From a virus (lineage: Duplodnaviria; Caudoviricetes): a DNA stretch of 49,331 bases. Made by a program: the position numbers and the translations under genes. The stretch spans positions 1 to 49,331 of the IMG/VR virus record IMGVR_UViG_3300003969_000007; one strand, written 5' to 3'. Positions 37,313 through 45,658 of the stretch are shown piece after piece (the first letter of the stretch is position 1; each line of letters starts with the position of its first letter). The notes beneath the pieces were generated by a model that had not been told where the DNA came from, made no database searches, and worked only from the letters and a program-made list of their open reading frames with translations.

Positions 37313-37812
37313 CGTGTTGCCTCCCACGGTTGATCACTCACCATGTCTGCGAACGGGTTCTCCTCCAATGGCGGACGCTCGTCCCGCATGGGATCGTTGA
37401 CCGGGGTCTTTCCAGGCATCCGCACCGACGGGTACTTGATACGTTCGTGCTGCGCCGCCATCTCGGACACATATCCCGTCACGATGGCATCTATCACTGT
37501 CAGCGCTTCAGCTTCCGTGTATGCCCCCAGAGGCTTGTCAAAGCCAATCGTGCTGGCAGCTTCACCAAAGCATTTGAGACATTTGCGCATGGAGGCTTGC
37601 TCCAGTGGGGTGATATCAACCATGGCGTCCTCCGGCGGTATGCCCTTTTCCAACGCCCGGGTCCAGTTCCCGTAGCATTGGTGAAACGCGTCCTGGCAGC
37701 GACGTGAGCAAAATACCCAGTCGATGGGATAACGACGCTGGTCGCCGATGCGATGGCGGTTCTCGGAATGACCGTACCCGCGGGCTTGGCGTGAGCAGAC
37801 CCAACATTTCAT
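37309..37812 (-). CDS. Zinc-finger protein (DUF6511-like)
   Basis: MKCWVC...FCSRRCQ. Confidence 0.65.
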   Translation of the reverse strand: MKCWVCSRQARGYGHSENRHRIGDQRRYPIDWVFCSRRCQDAFHQCYGNWTRALEKGIPPEDAMVDITPLEQASMRKCLKCFGEAASTIGFDKPLGAYTEAEALTVIDAIVTGYVSEMAAQHERIKYPSVRMPGKTPVNDPMRDERPPLEENPFADMVSDQPWEATR

Positions 37813-37824
37813 GAGCGCCTCGCA

Positions 37825-38490
37825 TCACTGTGCCCATGACGGTTTGCCCGATACAGGTGCTTGGTTTGCTGGCGCAGCAGCACGGGCAGGTGGGATGAAT
37901 GCAGGTGCGGCCAGCGCGGCAGGACCGGATTGGCCACCACCCGAGGACACCTTGGGCGCGCCGCCCATCAGCACGGCGTAATCCTTGTGGTCCGGCTCAA
38001 TGGCCAGTTTCACAACATTGCGGTCCTCCCCCTTGCCATCCTTCTCGACATCGATGCGGGCGATGAATTCCAGACCATCAATATCAACGAAGCTGTCAAT
38101 GCGTCGGGCAGCGGCGGCCTGTGGACTGTTGTCTTTGGGGTGAATGCCGCGTGCACTGTTGAGTGCCGCGCGAATGAAGCTGCGCCCCATTTGCCCCCAG
38201 GCGGGCCCCTTGTTGGAGTGCAGGCCCACGTTGGACCACATCTTGCGTTTTGCAAAGGGCCCGGCAGTCACAATAAATTCACAGGACAAGTACACCGCAC
38301 CCGTGTCAAACGACTGCGTGGCATAGCCACCAGTCCAGCCCTGGCTGTGATCATCATGGCCACCAGGTTTGATCGTCATGCGAAGTTTAACGACGGTGCC
38401 CTTTGGAATCAGGTCGAATGCGCCTTGCTGCGCTTCGGCATCGTTGAAGTCGTTCCAGTTGCTGGAGGAGGAGTTGGAATAAGTGTTCAT
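37825..38490 (-). CDS. Putative phage ssDNA-binding protein
   Basis: DFNDA..FDLIPKGT...GPFAKRK; Ala/Pro-rich tail ending KPSWAQ; follows the AAA ATPase. Confidence 0.6.
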   Translation of the reverse strand: MNTYSNSSSSNWNDFNDAEAQQGAFDLIPKGTVVKLRMTIKPGGHDDHSQGWTGGYATQSFDTGAVYLSCEFIVTAGPFAKRKMWSNVGLHSNKGPAWGQMGRSFIRAALNSARGIHPKDNSPQAAAARRIDSFVDIDGLEFIARIDVEKDGKGEDRNVVKLAIEPDHKDYAVLMGGAPKVSSGGGQSGPAALAAPAFIPPARAAAPANQAPVSGKPSWAQ

Positions 38491-38500
38491 GGGATGTCCT

Positions 38501-39334
38501 TTAAGCGTTTGAATGGGATGCAATGGAATGAGCCGATGTGTCCTGACCCAGGCACTTGGCGATGAGTTTTCCGAGGTCGGGTTCCTCGATGGCGTCTAGC
38601 CGCCCGCTGCGGTCCTTGGATGGGTAGCCGAATGGGTTGTCGGCGCGCGTAACAAAGCCGCGATAGGTGGAGCCGTCCTCGGCCTTCAAAATCGCTAGGG
38701 TCACGACTTCATCAAGGACACCTGGCAACTCCAGGGCGGTCTTGGTGCCTTCGAGTTGCAACTGGTAGAAGCGGCGGTTGAAGTCGTCAGTCTTCTCTTC
38801 CAGGATCGCCACGTAGATGACGTGCTTGTCCCGAACATGCTGCAAGTGCGTGAGCGCAGTGATCATTTCCTGACCCAGCAGCCCGTAGGCGCCCCGGTTG
38901 TCGGGTTTGCCCGTTTTCTCGCTGAAGGCCTGTGGCTGTGTTTTGCACCATGCAAAGCACAAGCGCGAGAGAACTGTCAGGCTGTCAACAAAGTACGTGT
39001 CGTACTTGTCCAACTGCGCCGGATCACCGAACTTTCCGCATACGTGCTCAAAGTGCGCCTGAGAAAAGGCTTGATCAGCACTGGCCGTCGGCATGGGGCC
39101 AGCCAGGAACACGACCAGATCGCGAAACTCGGGCCAGGTGCGCGGGCGCACTGTGTCACCCGCCCAATCGCGCACCGAGAGGTCACCTGCTTCCAGATCC
39201 ACGAACAGTGTGCTGGCCGCAGGCAGCGTTTTGATCTGGGTCGTTTTGCCGACACCAGGCGCCCCCACCAGGGCGACCTTGGCACTATGGCGTTCCTTGA
39301 GCCGTTCTTCGGCTGAGATGATGGGCAAAGTCAT
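38501..39334 (-). CDS. AAA_24 / Sak4-like ATPase
   Basis: GAPGVGKT, DLEAG, FVDSLT, KDRSG.L. Confidence 0.85.
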   Translation of the reverse strand: MTLPIISAEERLKERHSAKVALVGAPGVGKTTQIKTLPAASTLFVDLEAGDLSVRDWAGDTVRPRTWPEFRDLVVFLAGPMPTASADQAFSQAHFEHVCGKFGDPAQLDKYDTYFVDSLTVLSRLCFAWCKTQPQAFSEKTGKPDNRGAYGLLGQEMITALTHLQHVRDKHVIYVAILEEKTDDFNRRFYQLQLEGTKTALELPGVLDEVVTLAILKAEDGSTYRGFVTRADNPFGYPSKDRSGRLDAIEEPDLGKLIAKCLGQDTSAHSIASHSNA

Positions 39335-40080
39335 TACGCCACCTCACGAATCACGTCACTGACTTCCGGATTCCAGAGGATCTGGTAGCCAGAGTGACCA
39401 TTGCGGGAAAACGGCAGTGCTTCGGCCCAGCGGTTGCCCGATTCGGTCAACTCCCACTCGTCGCGGTCGTTCTTGAACTGAAAGCCAAGCGACTGCAAAC
39501 GCGTATTGATTGCGCGGGCGGACATGCCAACACGCTCACCAAGCTGCGTCGGATTGAGGCTGCAAATCGGGTCATTCGCAGGTGGCAGGACTTTGCGCAG
39601 TGACTCAACGGACAGCCCCGTGTTTTCATAAATCACGGTCAGGGTCGCAGCCATAGCAATCCCGGGCTTCACACCGGGAACCCGGGTGATGGCCTCACCG
39701 ATGGACAGAATGGCACTGACACGATCCTGGGTCAGCGTCGGCAGAGAGACCACCGACGCAGCCGACACGTAAGAGCCAGTTTTGCGTATGGATGGCAACA
39801 CCTCATGGGTCACCCAGCGTTTGAAGCGTTTGGCCTCCGGTTTACGGCTGCCAAGGACTAGATTGAAAAGGCCTGACTCGTTGACCACCGTCATTTCCTG
39901 TGGGCCACCAGGGGTGTGAATTGAATTCACACCCTTTTCATCATCGTCAAGACGCTCGAGCGCTTTACGATCCAGACTCAGCGTTGACAGGACGTCGGCA
40001 GCGACGAACATGGGCTCGCCGTTTTCCCCCACGACAACGCGCACGTTGCTGGACTCAAAATTGAATGCCACGATATTCAT
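39334..40080 (-). CDS. BRO-N domain antirepressor-like protein
   Basis: VNESGLFNLVLGSRKPEAKRFKRWVTHEVLPSIRKTG plus a C-terminal HTH-like region. Confidence 0.88.
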   Translation of the reverse strand: MNIVAFNFESSNVRVVVGENGEPMFVAADVLSTLSLDRKALERLDDDEKGVNSIHTPGGPQEMTVVNESGLFNLVLGSRKPEAKRFKRWVTHEVLPSIRKTGSYVSAASVVSLPTLTQDRVSAILSIGEAITRVPGVKPGIAMAATLTVIYENTGLSVESLRKVLPPANDPICSLNPTQLGERVGMSARAINTRLQSLGFQFKNDRDEWELTESGNRWAEALPFSRNGHSGYQILWNPEVSDVIREVA

Positions 40081-40562
40081 GACTGGATCTCCTTGGAAAT
40101 GGTGAGGCGGTAGCTGGGCTTGCCGGGTTTGACCGTGCGCGCAGGGGCGAACTGGTCCTTAAGTGCCGATGGCCAGTTGTTAAAAGCGGATTCGGAAACG
40201 CTCAGTTCGACATCCATGTAGTCCTGAACACGTTCACCAGCGGCAACGACGCGCTCTGCGATGTCAGCCAATTTCTTCTGGTCCCAGGACACACGCTTGG
40301 GCAGGTCGAAAGTGACATGCAGCGGACCCTCATCAAAATGCGTGGTCCCGAAGTCCCGGCCGGACTCGAGCAGGCTTTGACGGGCTTGCTCACCAAAGCG
40401 CTGCTCCAATGCGGTGTCCAACTTAACCTTGGCCTTTTTTGCCCAGGCAATGAGTTCATCAAGATTGAAGCTGGCCTCTTGCAGGCGCTCCGGCGTCAGG
40501 TTGGCCAACTGGTTCACTGACATTTCAGCCAGTTCAGCGGGGTAGAGGCTCAAATCACTCAT
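40077..40562 (-). CDS. Conserved phage hypothetical protein (161 aa)
   Basis: Start MSDLSLYP after GGAGG; DLPKRVSWDQ...ARTVKPGKP. Confidence 0.7.
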   Translation of the reverse strand: MSDLSLYPAELAEMSVNQLANLTPERLQEASFNLDELIAWAKKAKVKLDTALEQRFGEQARQSLLESGRDFGTTHFDEGPLHVTFDLPKRVSWDQKKLADIAERVVAAGERVQDYMDVELSVSESAFNNWPSALKDQFAPARTVKPGKPSYRLTISKEIQS

Positions 40563-40788
40563 GGCTAGCCACCTCCGCCGCGATGCGACTTTGGGGATTG
40601 GCGTAAAGGCAGTCATGTTCAAACTGCTCGATGTCGGCCAGACGGTAAAGAACCTTGCCGCCAATCTTGAGGTACGGGGGACCGACGCCATCGGAGCGAT
40701 AGCGTTCAATAGTGGCTTCCGACTTACTCCAGCGCTGTGCAATTTCGCGCTGAGTCAGATGCCTGGTTTGCAGACTTTCCGATTGCAT
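40555..40788 (-). CDS. Excisionase-like (MerR-type) HTH protein
   Basis: LTQREIAQRW..S..TIERYR..G.GPPYLKIGGKVLY; AAGGAG RBS. Confidence 0.85.
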   Translation of the reverse strand: MQSESLQTRHLTQREIAQRWSKSEATIERYRSDGVGPPYLKIGGKVLYRLADIEQFEHDCLYANPQSRIAAEVASHE

Positions 40789-40941
40789 TTGCAACTCCTT
40801 CGAGGTTGATGTGCACCGGTTGCAAGTGCAAGGAAAAGCACTGCCAACCGATGGAATCGATGGTCTCGAAGGGCGTTACGCAGACCGCTACGCGGATTAC
40901 GCGCGAGCGTTACGCAAACGTGTTTTGTGATGCCAGAATGC

Positions 40942-40976
40942 AAAAAACCCGGTCTGACTTGGAATCAGAACCGGGT
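40942..40976 (-). terminator. Intrinsic terminator after the 405/321-aa operon
   Basis: 11-bp stem with one bulge (ACCCGG-TCTGA / TCAGA-A-CCGGGT) ending in a T run on the minus strand. Confidence 0.75.
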
Positions 40977-41017
40977 CCTTAGGGGTACCTGCTTGGTGTT
41001 TGGGTAGAGGCCTGTTC

Positions 41018-41983
41018 TCAGGACAGCCAATTCCCATCCTCTTCAGGAATACTCAAAGCATAGACACGGTCATCTGAGCGGTACGCAATGAAGGTGTCGT
41101 AGACGACCTTGTTGCGCTGGAACTCTTTGCTGGGGCTAAAGGTCTGTGCCTCGGAACCACATGCGTCTTTCAGCGCATCCTTATCCAGTTCGTGATCCCT
41201 AGCGCGTACAAGCGCCAACAGAATCTTCTGCTGGTTGCCAGTCAGACCGTATTCCTCCCCTTCCACGAACGCAATCGATTTGCTCTCAACATAGCGCAGC
41301 GTTGTTCCGGGCGTCGCGTCATCCAGGATTTGCGGGCCAATGGCTCCAATGCGATCGGCAAAGAAATCAAACTTGCTTTGCGTAACCCGGCCCATCGTGA
41401 TGAGAGAACGGACGTCATACCCAGTCAGGGGCGAACCGTCGGGCAAAGGCAGATCCGAGCTAGTGAGGACCATGCAAGATGTTGAAGCTTTGTCGAGTGA
41501 GATTTGCTCCTTCAATCGCGCTGCCACTTCCGGGCGGTGCAACTGCCTGGCAAAGTACCACGTCTTGACCTTCTCACGGCCCTGTTGGGTCGTGCCAAGC
41601 CGCCAAATTTGGTCGTCCCGGATCACATACTGACCATCCAGCGTCAGATCCAATCCAACCAGCAGCGACCTGACAAACTTTGGAAAGGAGACCTTGTGCG
41701 TGTCGGTCAGAAACTTGGGGCCAGATATATCCTGGCATTCAGGACACCGTAGCGCAACTTTCTCGACGCCGATCTCACGCAGTACCTGCGCCAGCTCGAT
41801 TCCACACTCCGGGCACGTGACCCAGTCCTTGGACTTGCCCAACACCAGAAGCCGCTCACGCAGGATGTGGTCGGCAGCCTCCTTATTTGCCCCTGACCGA
41901 AGCGTCTGGCCATCAATTTCCGGCTTGTCTTTTTCTAAAAGCTGGCAGAACAGCCCAGTGGCATCAATTTGAGATTGACTCAT
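41018..41983 (-). CDS. Hypothetical protein with a zinc finger and C-terminal winged-helix-like region
   Basis: CPEC...CPEC; C-terminal LTGNQQKILLALV...LDKDALKDACGS. Confidence 0.7.
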   Translation of the reverse strand: MSQSQIDATGLFCQLLEKDKPEIDGQTLRSGANKEAADHILRERLLVLGKSKDWVTCPECGIELAQVLREIGVEKVALRCPECQDISGPKFLTDTHKVSFPKFVRSLLVGLDLTLDGQYVIRDDQIWRLGTTQQGREKVKTWYFARQLHRPEVAARLKEQISLDKASTSCMVLTSSDLPLPDGSPLTGYDVRSLITMGRVTQSKFDFFADRIGAIGPQILDDATPGTTLRYVESKSIAFVEGEEYGLTGNQQKILLALVRARDHELDKDALKDACGSEAQTFSPSKEFQRNKVVYDTFIAYRSDDRVYALSIPEEDGNWLS

Positions 41984-42006
41984 CCCGTGTCCTTGTTCTT
42001 AGCCAG

Positions 42007-43224
42007 TCAAATTACATCCAGAGCGGTCAGCACTGCATTGGCGATTGGCTGGTTCTTTTCGGACAAATTCTTGATGGTTGATGAACCAGAAGAATAGACG
42101 TCAAAGCTGAAATGTGGAGCCTTCCCGTCTGGCGGCGTTTCCATATACACAATCACGCTGGCACCGGTCATGTTGAAAGATGACGCAAATGCGCGGTCAT
42201 ATTTCAGCGTACTCAGCGCCAGTGCAATGGCATCAGCTTGATCCTCTTGGGGCGAGGCCTCAACCTGAAAATTCACACCGGTTGTGCCAATAGGACTAAA
42301 GGTTGCGCGGCGCAGCCGCACCTTGTCCACACCATGTTCCGACCAGTCATCTCTGGGCTCCAGCAACCCGTCCCTCAGGGCATTGAGATTGAACCGCTGC
42401 TTTTGAATTTCTTCCGGGGCTATTTCCTGCTTGACGATATGAGTGCCAAAGAGCTGGAGCACGGCAGCGTGGTTCTTGGCACCGCCTTTGACGATAGTCT
42501 CGACTTGGCCAGTTGATGGGTGATAAACGATGGCCGTCTCGAGAGCCACACGGGTAGTAATTCTAGAAAACGCCTTTTCCGAAAAGTGCGCCAAGGCAGT
42601 GATGGGTCCTTCAACGTAAATGGCCAACTGGATACTGCCATCGGCAGCCCGGTCGATCACTTCCACATGGGAGCTTTTGCCACCGCCCACCTTTTGATAG
42701 AGCTTGCTCACCTCACTGCTGAATGCTTCGAGGTCAGCACGCTCGCGGGTCGGAGCCAAGCCCGGTTGTATGGCATGCTTCTTCCAATACTTGCCGTTGG
42801 ACTTTGCCTGGAAGGCCAGATACAGCTCGACATTGCGGAACGCCGTCTCCCTGTGAGCGAGTATCCACAGCGGAATCTCTGTTTCGGATCGGCCTTCTAA
42901 GGCGGCAGCTGCCGCGGCGTCAGACTCAATTGCGCTGCGCAACTCCTGAATTGCCAAGCGATTGCTCAGAAGATGGGCACGCCGCAAATCATCATGCCAG
43001 TGTGACAAATCGGCCTCAATCGCCTTACGCTCGGCCGGATCTGCCACTTCACCCATCGCAGCATCCAATGCATCAACGGCATCGTGAATTGCATTGGCGA
43101 ACGTTTCAGGCTCTACAGACCAATCGACCGTGATCCTCGGATACACGACATGTGCCTCGGTGTACTCTCGCAGCGTGGGCGCTGAAATCAGCAGCAAGAA
43201 CTGCTTTGAAGCGAATACTTTCAT
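42007..43224 (-). CDS. Hypothetical protein (405 aa)
   Basis: Long clean ORF co-oriented with 41018-41983; no motif recognised. Confidence 0.75.
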   Translation of the reverse strand: MKVFASKQFLLLISAPTLREYTEAHVVYPRITVDWSVEPETFANAIHDAVDALDAAMGEVADPAERKAIEADLSHWHDDLRRAHLLSNRLAIQELRSAIESDAAAAAALEGRSETEIPLWILAHRETAFRNVELYLAFQAKSNGKYWKKHAIQPGLAPTRERADLEAFSSEVSKLYQKVGGGKSSHVEVIDRAADGSIQLAIYVEGPITALAHFSEKAFSRITTRVALETAIVYHPSTGQVETIVKGGAKNHAAVLQLFGTHIVKQEIAPEEIQKQRFNLNALRDGLLEPRDDWSEHGVDKVRLRRATFSPIGTTGVNFQVEASPQEDQADAIALALSTLKYDRAFASSFNMTGASVIVYMETPPDGKAPHFSFDVYSSGSSTIKNLSEKNQPIANAVLTALDVI

Positions 43225-43336
43225 TATTTTTCTCTTCCCATTGTTACGGCCGCATCACGTCGGTTGGGCCAAGAACCGTTGCCCAGAGACACGACGCAAA
43301 TCAGTGTAGGAGGGAAATTTTGACGCCATCATTATG

Positions 43337-43354
43337 ACTGTTTTTTTATACAGT
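43337..43354. promoter_or_regulatory. LexA (SOS) box
   Basis: ACTGTTTTTTTATACAGT = CTGT-N8-ACAG with an AT-rich core, between divergent genes and next to a minus-strand CATAAT. Confidence 0.85.
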
Positions 43355-43366
43355 AAAATGATAGCA

Positions 43367-44173
43367 ATGAAATTTCGCCAGCACCTCCGACCCACTCGCC
43401 TGTCACGGGTGGTTTCACGTGGCATGCTCGCAGCGTTGGCCTGCGCTTTTGCCACCAATGTCGGGGCCTGGGGGTCACAGGGACACCAAGTCATAGCGAG
43501 CATCGCCCAGACGCAACTCACCTCCAGTGCCCGCAAAGAAGTCGATCGCCTTTTGGCGCTCGAGCCCGGAGAAACACTGGTATCCATATCCACGTGGGCT
43601 GACGAACATCGCAACCCGGCTACGGGGCCATGGCACTACGTGAACTTCCCGCGCGATAACTGTTCTTACAACGATATGCGTGATTGCCCAGACGGTAAAT
43701 GCGTCGTGGGTGCCATCGAAAAGCAGGTATCCATATTGGAATTCGAAGTATCAGATGAAAAACGGCTTATCGCTTTGAAATACCTAGTTCATTTTGTTGG
43801 CGACGTTCACCAGCCGCTGCATGCTGGATATCTGGATGACAAAGGCGGCAACACATACCAACTACAGGCGTTCATGCGCGGCAGCAACTTGCACGCGCTC
43901 TGGGACACCGGGCTGATCCGCAACCTTGAGGTGGACAGTGACTCATTGGCCAAGCGCTTGCTTACGTCGGCGAGCGCCACACCCGGCAAGGACCTGCGCA
44001 TGTCCGTCGCGGCAGAGGAATCATGCAGGATCGTTGGAATGCCAGGGTTCTATCCGGACAGAAAAGTCGGGCAGGATTACATCGAAAAGTTCACGCCCGT
44101 AATGGAGCGCAGATTGGCAACTGCAGGTGCCAGGTTGGCCGCGATTTTGAATCGGACATTCAAGGGCAACTAA
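43367..44173 (+). CDS. S1/P1 nuclease with signal peptide
   Basis: Signal peptide ending VGA|WGSQGH, then WAD, WHYVN, HFVGDVHQPLH, NLHALWD. Start uncertain (43358, 43367 or 43423). Confidence 0.93.
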   Translation: MKFRQHLRPTRLSRVVSRGMLAALACAFATNVGAWGSQGHQVIASIAQTQLTSSARKEVDRLLALEPGETLVSISTWADEHRNPATGPWHYVNFPRDNCSYNDMRDCPDGKCVVGAIEKQVSILEFEVSDEKRLIALKYLVHFVGDVHQPLHAGYLDDKGGNTYQLQAFMRGSNLHALWDTGLIRNLEVDSDSLAKRLLTSASATPGKDLRMSVAAEESCRIVGMPGFYPDRKVGQDYIEKFTPVMERRLATAGARLAAILNRTFKGN

Positions 44174-44561
44174 CTTCTGATCGGACAGGGTCAAATTTGA
44201 TTTTTTTGGCTCCTTTGCAAGATGCAATTGGATGCCATTTCCCCTGTCTGACAAGTTGGGCAACCCTTGCCTTGTAGGCCAATGGGCCTGGAGCCTTCTT
44301 AGATCGCCCAAGATGTCGAAGTCGGTTGCACCACAAACATGCGGCAACTATGTTGTCTGCGGTATCCGTCCCCTCATCTTGCTGAGCGACCAGATGCTCA
44401 GCCGTGCACTGCAGATATTTGGCCAACCTTATCGGAAGCTCGAATCCAACTGCAAACTCGGCCGGGTCTTTCTCCCACATTGGAAATTGGCAGTAATAGC
44501 AGAGGCAGCCTTGCTTTTCGAAGGCCAGACGACGTAAGTTTTGGATTTTCTTGGGGTTCAT
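44160..44561 (-). CDS. HNH endonuclease
   Basis: CYYC...TAEHL..QDEGTD..DNIVAACLWCN. Confidence 0.88.
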   Translation of the reverse strand: MNPKKIQNLRRLAFEKQGCLCYYCQFPMWEKDPAEFAVGFELPIRLAKYLQCTAEHLVAQQDEGTDTADNIVAACLWCNRLRHLGRSKKAPGPLAYKARVAQLVRQGKWHPIASCKGAKKIKFDPVRSEVSCP

Positions 44562-44611
44562 GGGAACTCACTTGATGGAACAAGCAAATCCCCGGCGATG
44601 TGTAACGCATC

Positions 44612-44716
44612 AGGCGGGCGCCGTCGGGTATCCGTATCGGCTATGCGCTGACATATTGCCTAGCGCGGTCAGGGTTCGCGGGCCCCGAGCGATAGAGACT
44701 TTACCGGCCACCCCTC
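44612..44716 (-). ncRNA. Candidate structured RNA (three-way junction) upstream of the HNH gene
   Basis: Five nested stems found by eye; three mismatches become G-U pairs only on the minus strand. Family not recognised. Confidence 0.45.
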
Positions 44717-44819
44717 ATATTTGCAAGAGGCATTTGTATTTGCTACGTGATTGGATGTGCTTTGACTTCAACAATCGTGGCAAAAAGCCGACTGCACCTG
44801 CGCCGTCATCGCCAAATCA

Positions 44820-44858
44820 GCAATCGTCACCTGCAATCACCCGCAATCGTCAGCATCG
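44820..44858 (+). repeat. Phased GCAATC direct repeats
   Basis: GCAATCGTCA (44820), GCAATCAC (44833), GCAATCGTCA (44843), GCATCG (44853). Confidence 0.55.
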
Positions 44859-44939
44859 CTTGTCAATATTGCGAAGCATTTCATGGGTGTCGGAAAACAA
44901 AATTCTCATCAAGCATTTTGTTTTTCCCGAACGCCCACC

Positions 44940-45182
44940 ATGACCTCACTAAACGTAATTGATCCCACGCACATGACCACGCAGGAGCGCCGCGAGGAAG
45001 TCGCGTCCATCCTCGCATCGGGTCTCATCCGCCTGCGAACTGAAGCAATCCAACCGGTCGCGCTAGAGAAGAAAAAAGACCTTGCCTTTGTCCCACCACA
45101 GAGCGTTCATACAAACCCCGCATCACGAGTCCGCATGGAAATACGGGAAACCCTGCTGGCTCAAAAAAAGGAGTTTGAATGA
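44940..45182 (+). CDS. Small hypothetical protein (80 aa) upstream of DUF2924
   Basis: MT..ERREEVASILASGLIRLR; its stop overlaps the DUF2924 start (ATGA). Confidence 0.6.
   Translation: MTSLNVIDPTHMTTQERREEVASILASGLIRLRTEAIQPVALEKKKDLAFVPPQSVHTNPASRVRMEIRETLLAQKKEFE
45081..45110 (+). promoter_or_regulatory. Bipartite conserved motif, copy 4
   Basis: CTTGCCTTT-N9-CAGAGCGTTCAT, ending 68 nt before the DUF2924 ATG. Confidence 0.7.
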
Positions 45183-45658
45183 ACACACAACCTGCACTGT
45201 CAGGAGTAATCGGCCGCATTGCGCGCATGCCAGACCAGAAGTTTGAAGATATCAAGGCACTTTGGAAACAGTTGTTTGCCAGCCCCATGCCCACACACAA
45301 CCGTCAGTACCTGGAGCGCCGCATTGCTTATCGCCTGCAAGAACTCGAATATGCGCAGCACAATCCTGGCCTTCTTGAGAGGAACAAGGCGCGCATCGAC
45401 AATCTGATCGACAGCACCAAGCCAAGGGCGAAAGCGGGCCGTGGTGAAGTCGTCAAGCTGGTTCCCGGCACGATGCTGACCAGAGAATTCGCGGGGACCG
45501 TGCATCGCGTCGTCACTATGCCAGACGGTCAGTTCGAATACTTGGGCAAGGCATACCGCAGTTTGACCGCCATTTCCAACGAGATCTCGGGCACCCGCTG
45601 GTCAGGACCAGCATTTTTTGGTCTGCGCGACAAAGCATCCAAGGGAGCGGCCAAATGA
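45179..45658 (+). CDS. DUF2924 domain protein
   Basis: LERRIAYRLQE, PGT.LTREF.G..H.V, YRSLTAI...ISGTRWSGPAFFGL. Confidence 0.88.
   Translation: MNTQPALSGVIGRIARMPDQKFEDIKALWKQLFASPMPTHNRQYLERRIAYRLQELEYAQHNPGLLERNKARIDNLIDSTKPRAKAGRGEVVKLVPGTMLTREFAGTVHRVVTMPDGQFEYLGKAYRSLTAISNEISGTRWSGPAFFGLRDKASKGAAK

Noticed and set aside
43258-43296. Imperfect hairpin (CGTCG/CGACG, TGGGC/GCCCA) in the leader of the 405-aa gene
   Set aside because: Short interrupted stems with no T run; cannot be distinguished from chance.
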